Origin: a virus
Virus record (IMG/VR): IMGVR_UViG_3300010403_000024
Coordinates: 1 to 64,000 of that record
Strand: one strand, 5' to 3'
DNA: 64,000 nt
Below are positions 26,854-36,332 of the stretch, piece after piece (within the stretch, counting starts at the first letter, position 1; every line of letters starts with the position of its first letter). A program made the translations under genes and the position numbers. The notes under the pieces were generated by a model. The model saw only the letters and a list, made by a program, of their open reading frames with translations. It was not told the DNA's origin and did not search any database.

Positions 26854-28734
26854 ATGGCAGCACCAGTCACCTCGGTCTCAAATACGGTCCCGATCACCAA
26901 CCGGGCCTTAAACATCTCCGACCATTTTGCCGCGCAATGCAGCGTGGTGGTCGATAGCGATTACGATACGTGCGGGACGATCACCCGCGCCAGCATCGCC
27001 TACCTGACCAAGAACCAGCTGGACGCGATCTTCAGTCCGGGCGGGCTGTTCGCCGACCTCGATGCGTGGTTCAAGCATTCGATTGAGATGCGCGCCTGCG
27101 GCGTGCAGCGCTTCGCCCTCTACGACTGGATCATGGCCAACGCTGACCGCCGAAATTTCCGGGCCGCGCTTTACCCCGGCGTGAAGGCGATGAAGGGGCC
27201 GACGATCCTGCAGCCGTTCATCATGGGGCGGCAGATGTCGATCATCAACCGCGACCATTGGCAGATCACGTCTGGCGGCAACATGACGGCGCCGACCGGG
27301 GCTTCGCTGGGCGGCGGCACCCTGCAGAGCCGGTTTACCGACAGCAGCGGCAACGCCCTGGACGCGACCAAATACGTGCGGGTCGAGAGCCGGTACGGGA
27401 CGCCGGTCAATCAGGCGTTCTTCCGCCCGATGGATACCGTGCATATCTTCAACACCGCGAGCGGGGTGCTGCAGCATGGGGCCTGGCGCGTGATCGATTC
27501 AATCCACGATTCGACCCAGCAGTATTGTTACGTGGCCCTGCAGAGTTTGAACGCGGGCTCGACCGAGCAGTATGACGCTTCACCCGGCCAGGCGCTGGCG
27601 GCCTACATGGTGCCGGGCTTGAACAACGTGCAGGACTGGGAAACGTGGTGCAATAACCGTCCAACCCTCGACGGCCGCAAGATGGTGCCCTTCTGGCGCC
27701 AGACCGATCGCTGGACCCGCTGCGTCGATTCGGAATATCTGATCGTCTATTCGCGCCTGATGGAGGCCAATGCGGCCTTCCGCGAATTCGGCGACCTGCC
27801 GCTGGCCGAGCGCAACAAGCAGGACGAGATGGAGCGCCAGAAGCGGTTTGTGAACGACTTCTTCTACAACAAGCCGTTGGCGAACCAGGATCTGGTGAAC
27901 TGGCAGAGTCTGGAAAAGATTTACTCCGTCGATGGCGCCGGCCTGAGCCTGGGCATCGGCAGCAAGCAGGTCGCTTACCGCGCCAACTTTATTGGGGTGC
28001 GCGAGCAGCTCCGCATCTGCGCGCAGGTCTATGACTTGGTGAATCATCCGCTGGAATTCTACGAGTTCCTCGACCTGAACTATTCGATCATGCGGGCGCG
28101 CAACACCTTTTACGGGCGCCAGATCACGGACATCGACTGGTACACGAGCAACCAGTTTGCGGCGCTGCTCTCCCAGGCGTATTCGACCTACATCAATCAG
28201 GTCTGGCCGGGGCTGAACCCGCAGATCCTGGTGGGCGACCAGTTGACCGGGTTGACCAAGCTGGGCCAGCCGTACCTGCGCTTCCGGGTGCATTATCCCA
28301 GCGGCGTGAACATCAACATCATCTCCGACTTTTACTTCGACGACCGGCTGGACCAGTTCCAGAACCAGATCTTTGCCGGGGAATCAAGCGCGGGCATCAA
28401 CCAGGAATGGGCGGGCAACCTGCTCTGGTGCCTCGACATCGGCAAGCCGGGCGCGGGCAGCATCTACTGGGCGCAGGTGGCATCCAACCGGCGCACGACC
28501 TCGACGGCGAGCCTGAACGAACTGGCCAAGCTGGACTCGACCTTCCGCTGCACCATGAACGTGATCAGCATCGAGCAGACGCTGAACAGCAACGAAGGAA
28601 CGGCGGTGGTCGAATGCCCGCTGGGTAACGCCATGCTGGAGGGGATTAGTCTGGTCACGCCGACGACACGCGGACGGGCGAAGACGATTGGGGGAACCGG
28701 GTCCAGTGGCCAATACTCTGATCTTTACAGCTAA
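26854..28734 (+). CDS. Major capsid protein (putative, large)
   Basis: After scaffold, followed by strong terminator, GC-rich third codon positions; positional call. Confidence 0.68.
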   Translation: MAAPVTSVSNTVPITNRALNISDHFAAQCSVVVDSDYDTCGTITRASIAYLTKNQLDAIFSPGGLFADLDAWFKHSIEMRACGVQRFALYDWIMANADRRNFRAALYPGVKAMKGPTILQPFIMGRQMSIINRDHWQITSGGNMTAPTGASLGGGTLQSRFTDSSGNALDATKYVRVESRYGTPVNQAFFRPMDTVHIFNTASGVLQHGAWRVIDSIHDSTQQYCYVALQSLNAGSTEQYDASPGQALAAYMVPGLNNVQDWETWCNNRPTLDGRKMVPFWRQTDRWTRCVDSEYLIVYSRLMEANAAFREFGDLPLAERNKQDEMERQKRFVNDFFYNKPLANQDLVNWQSLEKIYSVDGAGLSLGIGSKQVAYRANFIGVREQLRICAQVYDLVNHPLEFYEFLDLNYSIMRARNTFYGRQITDIDWYTSNQFAALLSQAYSTYINQVWPGLNPQILVGDQLTGLTKLGQPYLRFRVHYPSGVNINIISDFYFDDRLDQFQNQIFAGESSAGINQEWAGNLLWCLDIGKPGAGSIYWAQVASNRRTTSTASLNELAKLDSTFRCTMNVISIEQTLNSNEGTAVVECPLGNAMLEGISLVTPTTRGRAKTIGGTGSSGQYSDLYS

Positions 28735-28755
28735 AATATTAGTTGACCACTGCGA

Positions 28756-28786
28756 GGGTGCGGCTATGTTAGCCGCACCCTTTTTT
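28756..28786 (+). terminator. Intrinsic terminator after capsid gene
   Basis: GGGTGCGGCT-atgtt-AGCCGCACCC + T6. Confidence 0.85.
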
Positions 28787-29512
28787 ATGACCGCAGAAGA
28801 AGTCACTGCCGAGACAATTCGCCGAATCAACTCCCCGAGACGCTCAGATGCCACGCCATTTTTCAGGATGCCGAAGGGTTGGAATTGGAACCACGCACAT
28901 CCAACCCTGTACCTCTGGTTGGCAGTGCTCAGCATCTGCAACCGGGAGAAATACCATCTCGTTCGCAAGTTTGTTTACCGTGCGGCCAACCTGGAGCGCC
29001 GAGCCAAGGTCAAGGTGAAGAATGCCTCCTTGCGGCAATACCGGAAGGAACGCCGGGAAATTCGGCGGCGAGATCCCGCCTACGCCGAGCTTGAACGCCA
29101 AAGGAACAAGGACGACTTCCAGAAGCACAAACCGAGGATCTACGCCTATCGAAAGCGTCGGCGAAAGAGCGACCCGCAATATCAGATCTCCTCCAACCTG
29201 CGGACCTACATCTACCAACATGTGGGAGAGAAGACGCAGCGTGGCGAGAGCCGCTTTCGCAAGCTGGTGGGTTGCTCGGTGGCGGAATTGCAGGCACATC
29301 TTGAGTGGCAATTTTTGCCGGGGATGACGTGGGGCAACTACGGGAGAGGGATGGGCAAATGGAATATGGATCACATTCGACCCTGCGCGAGCTTCGATAT
29401 GACCGATCAACAGCAAGTGCTGGAGTGCTTCAACTGGCGGAACTTGAGGCCGCTCTGGTGGCAGGACAACCTGGCCAAATCAGATAAATTTGTGTTGCAC
29501 TCAGGCTTCTGA
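28787..29512 (+). CDS. HNH homing endonuclease
   Basis: LVGCSVAELQAHLE.QF..GMTWGNYG..WNMDHIRPCASFD...CFNWRNLRPLW..DNLAKSDK. Confidence 0.9.
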   Translation: MTAEEVTAETIRRINSPRRSDATPFFRMPKGWNWNHAHPTLYLWLAVLSICNREKYHLVRKFVYRAANLERRAKVKVKNASLRQYRKERREIRRRDPAYAELERQRNKDDFQKHKPRIYAYRKRRRKSDPQYQISSNLRTYIYQHVGEKTQRGESRFRKLVGCSVAELQAHLEWQFLPGMTWGNYGRGMGKWNMDHIRPCASFDMTDQQQVLECFNWRNLRPLWWQDNLAKSDKFVLHSGF

Positions 29513-29549
29513 CGCGGCACTATGCCGTCGCATTCGCGGGCCATACACC

Positions 29550-29582
29550 GGGCGCTCCTTCTCGACGGGAGCGCCCTTTTTT
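29550..29582 (+). terminator. Intrinsic terminator
   Basis: GGGCGCTCC-loop-GGAGCGCCC + T6. Confidence 0.85.
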
Positions 29583-29652
29583 CTACCCGAATTCACTTCG
29601 GACTTGACAAATTTGCCGAGTTGGAGTTTTGTCGCGGGCGCAAAGCAAATTT

Positions 29653-29964
29653 ATGATCGTGCTGCCCATCCAAGTAAACGACCGCGAGTATGACGTGCTG
29701 ATGGTGCTGGAGGACGAGAACCTGGAGCGGATCAAGGCGGGCGACCCGGCGGAATTGAATCTGGCCAAGTTCCCCGATAAGTGGAGCACCATGCGGCTGC
29801 GCAAGTTGCAAGTCGGCTGGCTGCCGAGCGCGGTGCTCAAGGCGACCATTATCAAGGTGCAGGAGACGGGCGATGTGGCGCACTTGATCGACAAGTTTTT
29901 CAAAGGCTGGAAGGTGGAGCCGCAGGATGACAGCATGGGGCCGCAAAAGATGCGAGGAAACTAA
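29653..29964 (+). CDS. Hypothetical protein
   Basis: LEDENLERIKAGDP; after TTGACA at 29604. Confidence 0.7.
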   Translation: MIVLPIQVNDREYDVLMVLEDENLERIKAGDPAELNLAKFPDKWSTMRLRKLQVGWLPSAVLKATIIKVQETGDVAHLIDKFFKGWKVEPQDDSMGPQKMRGN

Positions 29965-29965
29965 A

Positions 29966-30052
29966 ATGGACGAACTGAAACAAGGCTTGATTGGAGCGGG
30001 GCTGGCGCTGCTGCTGTTGATCCTCTTGGGCATATTGCTCAGGTGCGTATGA
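29966..30052 (+). CDS. Tiny single-TM peptide (28 aa)
   Basis: MDELKQGLIGAGLALLLLILLGILLRCV fills gap with coupled ends. Confidence 0.5.
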   Translation: MDELKQGLIGAGLALLLLILLGILLRCV

Positions 30053-30234
30053 TCCGCCAGAAACCAATCCGACCGAAGCACCCGCGGATCAAGTGTCCAG
30101 AGTGCGGGACGGACGTGAGCGTGTCGGCCTGCGGGATCTGGCCGCACTACGACTGGCGCGGGAGGCTACACGAAAGGTGCCCGATGTCGGGCAAGCGGCT
30201 GCCAGAGCCGAAACCAGAACAGGAGCAACCATGA
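30049..30234 (+). CDS. Small zinc-finger protein
   Basis: CPECG...PH...CPMSG. Confidence 0.65.
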   Translation: MIRQKPIRPKHPRIKCPECGTDVSVSACGIWPHYDWRGRLHERCPMSGKRLPEPKPEQEQP

Positions 30235-30473
30235 CCCACATCCTGATCGAGTTGCAGGTGAAGAACGGCGAGGTGATGGTGCTGGTCCAACACCAAAAGG
30301 GCGCCACCGAAAATGAGAGGGAGAAAGAGATCGGGGAATGGGTAGCCAAGGGCTTGCTCGAACTGATCCCGATGATGCTGGGAGCAGAGGTGCAGGAAAC
30401 GGCGGAAGGCCCCATGAGCGTGGTGGGGCCGCACATCCGCAAGCGGGTCGAGGAGTGGAGGAACAAAACGTGA
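30231..30473 (+). CDS. Hypothetical protein
   Basis: Coupled at both ends. Confidence 0.6.
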   Translation: MTHILIELQVKNGEVMVLVQHQKGATENEREKEIGEWVAKGLLELIPMMLGAEVQETAEGPMSVVGPHIRKRVEEWRNKT

Positions 30474-31330
30474 AAGTGGAGATCCTGGTTGTAACGCACG
30501 CCAAGGACCTGCCTTACCTGCGCTGGTGCCTGCAATCGATCAAGAAGTTCGGGAGCGGGTTTACGGGCGTGACGCTGGTCTATCCTGAGCAGGAGCGCGA
30601 ACAGTTCGATCGAGCCCAAGTGGGGAAGCACTGGTGCGTGGGAGCGTTACTCCTGCGCGAGTTCGACCAGTTCCCCGGCAAGGGAATGCTGGATCACATG
30701 GCGCAGAAGATGATGGCCGACATCCACTGCCCGGAGGCCGACTACATCCTGCACGTCGATTCGGACTGCGTGTTCCGGGAGGCGTTCAAGCCGGAGGATT
30801 ATTTCGAGCCGCATGGGGAATTTTTCTGCAATGAGGACTATCTGAAGGCCAACTTGAAGCCGGTGCTGCTGATCGAGCCTTACGAAGTGCTCAAGACCAA
30901 GCATCCAGGGCGCTATCACTGGAAAAGCGTGGTGGAGGCCATGCTGGGGCTGCCTTGCGAGTACGAGACCATGTGCCGGCATCCGATGGTGAACCCACGC
31001 GGGGTCTACGCGCCCTACCGGGAGTTCCTGGAGCGGCGCTGGAAGCTGCCCTTCCGGCATTACTACCTGACGGGCAACAACGCCTTTCCTCAGTCAATTT
31101 GCGAGTTCAACAGCCTGGGGGCCTTCTGGATCACATGGGAGCATCAACCTGGCGACGGATTCAGCAAGTGTCCCTGGCATCTGATCGACCTTTCGAAGAA
31201 GCAACGCCCCAAGGACAAGCTGGTTCAGTTTTGGAGCCATAGCCCGCCGGACAAGCCGCAGGAGATCTGGATCGACGGCAAGGAAGTGGTGGTGGTGCCG
31301 GAGGTGCTGATCAAGGAGATTCTCGCCTGA
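30470..31330 (+). CDS. GT-A fold glycosyltransferase-like protein (DUF6492-like)
   Basis: ILVVTHAKDLPYLRWCLQSI, QKMMAD, ILHVDSD (DxD). Confidence 0.72.
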   Translation: MKVEILVVTHAKDLPYLRWCLQSIKKFGSGFTGVTLVYPEQEREQFDRAQVGKHWCVGALLLREFDQFPGKGMLDHMAQKMMADIHCPEADYILHVDSDCVFREAFKPEDYFEPHGEFFCNEDYLKANLKPVLLIEPYEVLKTKHPGRYHWKSVVEAMLGLPCEYETMCRHPMVNPRGVYAPYREFLERRWKLPFRHYYLTGNNAFPQSICEFNSLGAFWITWEHQPGDGFSKCPWHLIDLSKKQRPKDKLVQFWSHSPPDKPQEIWIDGKEVVVVPEVLIKEILA

Positions 31331-31348
31331 CCGAACTATCATCGTGAT

Positions 31349-32074
31349 ATGAAAATCTGGATCTTCAGCTTTTGCCGGAATGAGGAGCGGATGCTGCCGT
31401 GGTACCTGCGCCACTACGAGCGGTTTGCCGAGCGCATTTTGGTGTGGGACGATCATAGTTGGGACGGGAGCTTTGAGATTTTGAAACACCACCCGAAGGT
31501 GACGGTCTATCCCTGGCCCTACGACAGCGGGTTGAACGACGAGATGATGAACCGCTTCGCGATGGCGACCGCGCCGGGGTTGACTCAGCACAACAAATGC
31601 GACTGGTGGATGTGGGTGGACATTGACGAGTTCATTTATCACCCACAGATGGAAGACGCGCTGGACATGGGCGGTTACTACGACGCGATAATTCCGATTG
31701 GCTATAACATGATGAGCGCGAATGGGTTGCCGGTCGATGACGGGAAGAGCCAACTGACGGATCTCCTCAGAACTGGAGTGGCGGCACCAGTCTATAGCAA
31801 GCCGGTGATCGTGCGACAGGGACGGCAGGTTTACTGGGATCGTGGGCGGCACCATTTCGAGAACTGTCCGCTGACGGTGAACCCGTATACCGGGATCAAA
31901 CTCCTGCACTACCGCTACCTTGGCGCCGACTACACCCGGGTACGCAACGCCCGCAACTACGCGGCGGTCGGACCGGACAAGCAGGCGGCTTGGAGTTGCG
32001 CGCCGGATTACAAGGGCGAGGGCTCGCCGGAGTGGGTGCTGGCGGCGCAGAAGGGGGCGTTTGAGGTGATATGA
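31349..32074 (+). CDS. Glycosyltransferase family 2
   Basis: RNEERMLPWYLRHY, VWDDHSWDGS, WVDIDEF, GRHH, LLHY. Confidence 0.88.
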   Translation: MKIWIFSFCRNEERMLPWYLRHYERFAERILVWDDHSWDGSFEILKHHPKVTVYPWPYDSGLNDEMMNRFAMATAPGLTQHNKCDWWMWVDIDEFIYHPQMEDALDMGGYYDAIIPIGYNMMSANGLPVDDGKSQLTDLLRTGVAAPVYSKPVIVRQGRQVYWDRGRHHFENCPLTVNPYTGIKLLHYRYLGADYTRVRNARNYAAVGPDKQAAWSCAPDYKGEGSPEWVLAAQKGAFEVI

Positions 32075-32298
32075 GCATCTTGGAGCTTAGACCCGCTGAA
32101 GAATGGGCCGAAGAAAAGGCCCGCGAACTGGCCATGGACTCTGCGCACATTCCAGCCATCAAATCCCAACTCGTGCCGCAATACCGCCAGATCCAAGCCA
32201 ATGTGCTCAGGTGGGCGGCTTCTGAATCCCACTCTCGCGAATCTCGTGACTTCTTAACCGATAAAGCCAACCAGCTCGACCCTGAAAAAGCGGCATGA
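32071..32298 (+). CDS. Hypothetical protein, paralog A
   Basis: RQIQANVLR...KANQLDP. Confidence 0.6.
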   Translation: MSILELRPAEEWAEEKARELAMDSAHIPAIKSQLVPQYRQIQANVLRWAASESHSRESRDFLTDKANQLDPEKAA

Positions 32299-32513
32299 AC
32301 CTCGAACCCGCTGAAAACTTTGCTACTTTCCTCGCGCCTGTTTGCGCAATGGACTTGGAGCAAATTGAAGAGTTTGTTCGGCAGATCCAAGCCAATGCGC
32401 TTAGATTTTCTGCTACTTTCGTATTGGCAAGCCCTGATGATTGCTGCTGCACATCTGACGCTTTGGACAAGATGGCCAACCAACTCCACCCACTGCCTGA
32501 AAAATCAGCATGA
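32295..32513 (+). CDS. Hypothetical protein, paralog B
   Basis: RQIQANALR...MANQLHP. Confidence 0.6.
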   Translation: MNLEPAENFATFLAPVCAMDLEQIEEFVRQIQANALRFSATFVLASPDDCCCTSDALDKMANQLHPLPEKSA

Positions 32514-33076
32514 ACTTCGGCGCCATCACCCCCAACGACGCAGCGCTGCTGGAAGCGCTGGTTATGCGCTTCAAGGGGCGCATCCTGCGCTTCCTGGAGA
32601 TCGGCACCCATGAGGGGAACACCGCGCGCGGGGTGAAGGAACTTTGCGACCGTGACGGAATCTCAATCGACCTGCGCTACTACGGAATCGACGCCCGCGA
32701 CCTTCCGCCGCCCTTTGACGGGGCCTGGCAAATCTCTGGCCGCTCGGAAGAAGCCTGGGAGTTCATACCGGGCAACATGGACATCGTCTTTGTCGATGGC
32801 TGCCACTGCATCAACCATGTGATCCTGGACGTGGTGCATTACTCGGCAAAGGTAGTTGTGGGCGGCTACATGGTCTTTCATGATACCGACCCGCAGGTGC
32901 AGGGGGTGCAGACCAACCCTTGGGTGCATAAGGGGGACGGGCCGATCTACCGGACGGCGGTGCTGGCGGCATTGGAGAAGCTCGGCTGGCCGAATGAGCG
33001 GTGGCAACTGGACTTAACGGCGAGCGACCCACAGTCTGACATTGGGGGCATGATGGCTTTCAGGAGGGGCGCGTGA
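32510..33076 (+). CDS. Class I SAM methyltransferase (Methyltransf_24-like)
   Basis: FLEIGTHEG, IVFVDGCH, GGYMVFHD. Confidence 0.87.
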   Translation: MNFGAITPNDAALLEALVMRFKGRILRFLEIGTHEGNTARGVKELCDRDGISIDLRYYGIDARDLPPPFDGAWQISGRSEEAWEFIPGNMDIVFVDGCHCINHVILDVVHYSAKVVVGGYMVFHDTDPQVQGVQTNPWVHKGDGPIYRTAVLAALEKLGWPNERWQLDLTASDPQSDIGGMMAFRRGA

Positions 33077-33816
33077 TCGAACTTCCGCATCTGGACTGCA
33101 ACGTGTGTGAAAATTGCGACAAGCAATGCACTGGATGCAGCCATGCCTCGCCGATATTGCCGCCGTGGTCGATGCCGCTGGAGATGATCGAACGCGACCT
33201 GCTGGCCCTGAAACCATTCGTGACGGTGGGCCACCTGCAAATCCTCGGCGGAGAACCGCTGCTGCATAAAGAGATTGTGGGAATCCTGCGGCTGGTGAAA
33301 CGAATCCGAATCGACGTTTGCACGACCGTAATTACCAACGGCAACCTGCTGCCGCGCATGACCGAAGATTTCTGGCGCGAACTGGAGTATTTGCAGATCA
33401 GTATTTACCCGACGCTCGACCCGAAGATCCCTTGGCTGGCGGAGTGCAAGAGCCGGGAGTATGGGTTTGGGTTGGGCACGACCGTCTTCGACTCCTTTTA
33501 CCGCGAGATCAAAGCGGTGCCGGACGACGGGGTAGAGTCGTTCAGGAATTGTGGGTGGCGTCACGACTGCTACACTGTGCATCGCGGCCACTTCTACCTG
33601 TGCTCGCAAAGCTGCTTCTTCCCCAAAGCCATCCAGGGACTGCCGCCAGAGATCGACGGCTTGCCCCTCGAAGGCTTGACCGAGGAGAAGCTGGGCAATT
33701 TCATGAACCGGACGGAGCCATTCAACGCCTGCCGGGTCTGCTGTGCGCCGCTGAAACAGCGCGTGCCCTGGCGGGAATCGAAGCGGCGGGAGTGGTCGAA
33801 GGATTCGGCGGACTGA
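33073..33816 (+). CDS. Radical SAM protein
   Basis: CDKQCTGC, GGEPLLH, ITNG, C-terminal Cys cluster. Confidence 0.9.
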   Translation: MIELPHLDCNVCENCDKQCTGCSHASPILPPWSMPLEMIERDLLALKPFVTVGHLQILGGEPLLHKEIVGILRLVKRIRIDVCTTVITNGNLLPRMTEDFWRELEYLQISIYPTLDPKIPWLAECKSREYGFGLGTTVFDSFYREIKAVPDDGVESFRNCGWRHDCYTVHRGHFYLCSQSCFFPKAIQGLPPEIDGLPLEGLTEEKLGNFMNRTEPFNACRVCCAPLKQRVPWRESKRREWSKDSAD

Positions 33817-33821
33817 ATTTT

Positions 33822-34622
33822 ATGGGACGTAAAAACGATTGGATCGAGATGTCGCTGGTATCGGCTTGCGCGCTCAGGTGTGATTATTGCGCGCAGTCGC
33901 TGTTAGCCAAGCGCTACAAGGAATCGGGCGGCGACAAACGGATGACGCTGGAGACGTTCACGGCCATCCTGGATCACATCCCCAAAGACATCGGGGTAGA
34001 TTTCTCAGGGTATGCCGACTGCAACCTGCACCCAAACTTCATCGACTTCTTTACCCTGGCGGTCTCGCGTGGATTTACGGTCAGCGTCTATACGACCTTT
34101 GAAGGGATGAGTTGGGAGCACTACGGGCGCTTCAAGCAGATCCCATTCGAGATCCTGAGCATTCATCTGCCGGATGTGAACGAACTGATTCACCTGCGCT
34201 GGACCGAGGATTACAAGCGCATCCTGCACGCGCTCAACGACGATCCGCCCAAGTGCGTGCGGCAGGACCGGATGTGCGTGAAGGGGCCGCTGCACCCGGA
34301 CGTGGCGTTTCTTGAGCCGGTGCGGATCATGCACATCCAGCCGCGGTCAGGGAATGTTCCGGAGAGCCTGAGCCGGCATGAGAGCTTCCACGCGGACCCG
34401 CTCAAATGCGGCCGGGGAAACAATCTACGCCAGAACGTGGCGTTGCCTGACGGGAGCGTGTACCTCTGCTGCTGCGATTACGGGATGGTGCATAACCTGG
34501 GCAACCTGACCCGGCAGACCTTCGACGAACTGGACGCAGAGCGAGCCAAGTTGATCGACCGGCAGAAGAAGCCGGATGAGAAACTGTTGTGTTCTACCTG
34601 CGAGTTTGCGGTGCCACTCTGA
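33822..34622 (+). CDS. Radical SAM/SPASM (twitch) protein
   Basis: CALRCDYC; C..PDGSVYLCC.D..LGNL...CSTC; start ATG 33822. Confidence 0.88.
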   Translation: MGRKNDWIEMSLVSACALRCDYCAQSLLAKRYKESGGDKRMTLETFTAILDHIPKDIGVDFSGYADCNLHPNFIDFFTLAVSRGFTVSVYTTFEGMSWEHYGRFKQIPFEILSIHLPDVNELIHLRWTEDYKRILHALNDDPPKCVRQDRMCVKGPLHPDVAFLEPVRIMHIQPRSGNVPESLSRHESFHADPLKCGRGNNLRQNVALPDGSVYLCCCDYGMVHNLGNLTRQTFDELDAERAKLIDRQKKPDEKLLCSTCEFAVPL

Positions 34623-34623
34623 C

Positions 34624-34806
34624 ATGAGATTCATCAAACCTGAGCCGATAAAAATCAACTGGCCAAGGCTACGCGCCTTTCGGAAAACCACCCAAGCGAC
34701 CCTAAACATGATCCGCCTGACCCAGGCTAAGCCGACCAAGAAACGGCTTCGTAGAATCCGCTACTGGCATCGGCAAATGCTGCACTGTGCGCGGCGGGAA
34801 GTTTAA
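34624..34806 (+). CDS. Small basic hypothetical protein
   Basis: Fills gap in operon. Confidence 0.45.
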   Translation: MRFIKPEPIKINWPRLRAFRKTTQATLNMIRLTQAKPTKKRLRRIRYWHRQMLHCARREV

Positions 34807-34810
34807 AACT

Positions 34811-35038
34811 ATGAGCGAGACTACCGACAAGAAACCGGAGAGCAACGAACAGTTGCTCAACCGCGCCTATCAACAAACCGAGCGGGCCTACGCGATCGTG
34901 AACAAGGCGACTTCGCGCCGGCAGTTCAAGGGGCCGGAGATTTGGGAGTTTCTGGGCTACCTGCGCGGAGCGACGGCGGCGGCGCAGGAGATGGAGAACC
35001 GGAGCCGGGGGAACGCGCCGGCTCAAGTTGGAGATTAA
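34811..35038 (+). CDS. Hypothetical protein
   Basis: In operon. Confidence 0.6.
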   Translation: MSETTDKKPESNEQLLNRAYQQTERAYAIVNKATSRRQFKGPEIWEFLGYLRGATAAAQEMENRSRGNAPAQVGD

Positions 35039-35062
35039 CAGAAGCAAACGAAGGGAACGAAG
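35036..35062 (+). repeat. ACAGAAG-(GTAACGAAG)2-type repeat at gene junction
   Basis: Related copies at 37751-37780 and 49196-49224. Confidence 0.7.
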
Positions 35063-35266
35063 ATGGAACAATACCAACTACGGGTGGTGGCCGAGGAAAT
35101 GGAACTGAGCGAGCGGCTGGAGCGGCTGCGGGCCTTCATCGAGGATGCGAAATTTCGCAACTTACCATTCGCGGAGCAGGAACGGATGGGCAAGCAGCTG
35201 CGCGCGATGGACACCTACCAGGAGGCACTGCGCGAGCGGATTGCGGCTTGGGGGGAGACAAAGTGA
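35063..35266 (+). CDS. crAss001_48-like coiled-coil protein
   Basis: YQLRVVAE..EL.ERLERL..FI...Q..AM..Y...L.ERI. Confidence 0.78.
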   Translation: MEQYQLRVVAEEMELSERLERLRAFIEDAKFRNLPFAEQERMGKQLRAMDTYQEALRERIAAWGETK

Positions 35267-35436
35267 GGCGCGTTGCCGGCATCTTTCTGATCGCGCTGCC
35301 ATTCGTCGTGATTGGCATCACCCTTTATCTACAAGGGGAACTCTGGGGCTTCGCTAAAATGATCCTGATCCTGGCGGCCTCCCTAGCACCGATCTTCCTT
35401 GGGATGAGCCTTCTGTGCGGAAAGGGCAAGGATTGA
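35263..35436 (+). CDS. Small two-TM membrane protein
   Basis: Two hydrophobic segments; coupled. Confidence 0.55.
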   Translation: MRRVAGIFLIALPFVVIGITLYLQGELWGFAKMILILAASLAPIFLGMSLLCGKGKD

Positions 35437-36332
35437 ACTTAGGCAGCCTCTTGTACCTGCCCGGCTTGTCGGTCACGCCTGAGCGGACGGCGGCGTGCCT
35501 GGCCAACCTGGCAAGATGGAAGCACAAATACCCGATCTACATCTACAGCGAGCGGGAGTGGCATCCGAGCTTGTGGCGGATGATCGGCGGGATCGAGTTC
35601 AGCCAGTGCGAGAACCCGGAGGTGGTGCGGAGCGAGACAGTGCATCATGTGCCCAAGCTGGCCTACCTGATGGGAGTGCAGATCGCGGCTAATGCTGGAC
35701 TGGAGTTGTTCCTGACGTTGGAGACGGATTCGAGGGTCTGGGGCGATAACTGGGATGAAGCGATCTTCGACGAGTTTTTGGCGCAGCAGGAGTCGGCCCA
35801 GACCGAGATGGTGCTGGGCGGGACCATGTTTGTGTGGCATCCATTCAACGACGGGTTGGATTATGCGCTGGAGTTCGGGACGTTTGTGGAAAAGTTTATC
35901 GCCCGGCGCGGGTCAGGCGTGGAAAACGGGGCTATCAAGGTGCCAAACATGTTCATTTATGGAGGCAGAGGGTCTTGTTCGACGCATCATGTGTGCGCCT
36001 ACCCCAACGGAGCGGGGAGCGTGGCCCGGACCAGTTTCGTGCAGCGGGTGTTTGGTCCGCGCGCGATCAAGCTGGCAGCGCAGGAAGGGAGTGCGTGGGA
36101 CGCCCACTTGGGCTATGGATTGTTTGAGAGCTACGGGCCGCAGGGCTACCGTCGGCTGGCGCCGCTCAATACGGTGTTTAGCGTATATGGTGATCTGTTA
36201 ACGAGTGAAGGAATGCGGATCGGGTTGCTGACTTCAGGGCAGTGTCGGTTAGCACATCAGATCAAGAGCGACTGGAGTGGTGCCGGCTTGGAATTAAACC
36301 GCAGAGACGCAGGGGACGCAGAGAAGACATGA
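35433..36332 (+). CDS. Putative GT-A glycosyltransferase-like protein
   Basis: FLTLETD, PNG, AWD pattern; TTG start. Confidence 0.55.
   Translation: MNLGSLLYLPGLSVTPERTAACLANLARWKHKYPIYIYSEREWHPSLWRMIGGIEFSQCENPEVVRSETVHHVPKLAYLMGVQIAANAGLELFLTLETDSRVWGDNWDEAIFDEFLAQQESAQTEMVLGGTMFVWHPFNDGLDYALEFGTFVEKFIARRGSGVENGAIKVPNMFIYGGRGSCSTHHVCAYPNGAGSVARTSFVQRVFGPRAIKLAAQEGSAWDAHLGYGLFESYGPQGYRRLAPLNTVFSVYGDLLTSEGMRIGLLTSGQCRLAHQIKSDWSGAGLELNRRDAGDAEKT

Noticed and set aside
33318-33821. N-terminal extension of the 434-aa radical SAM ORF
   Set aside because: Off-frame overlap with the upstream radical SAM gene; ATG 33822 follows its stop
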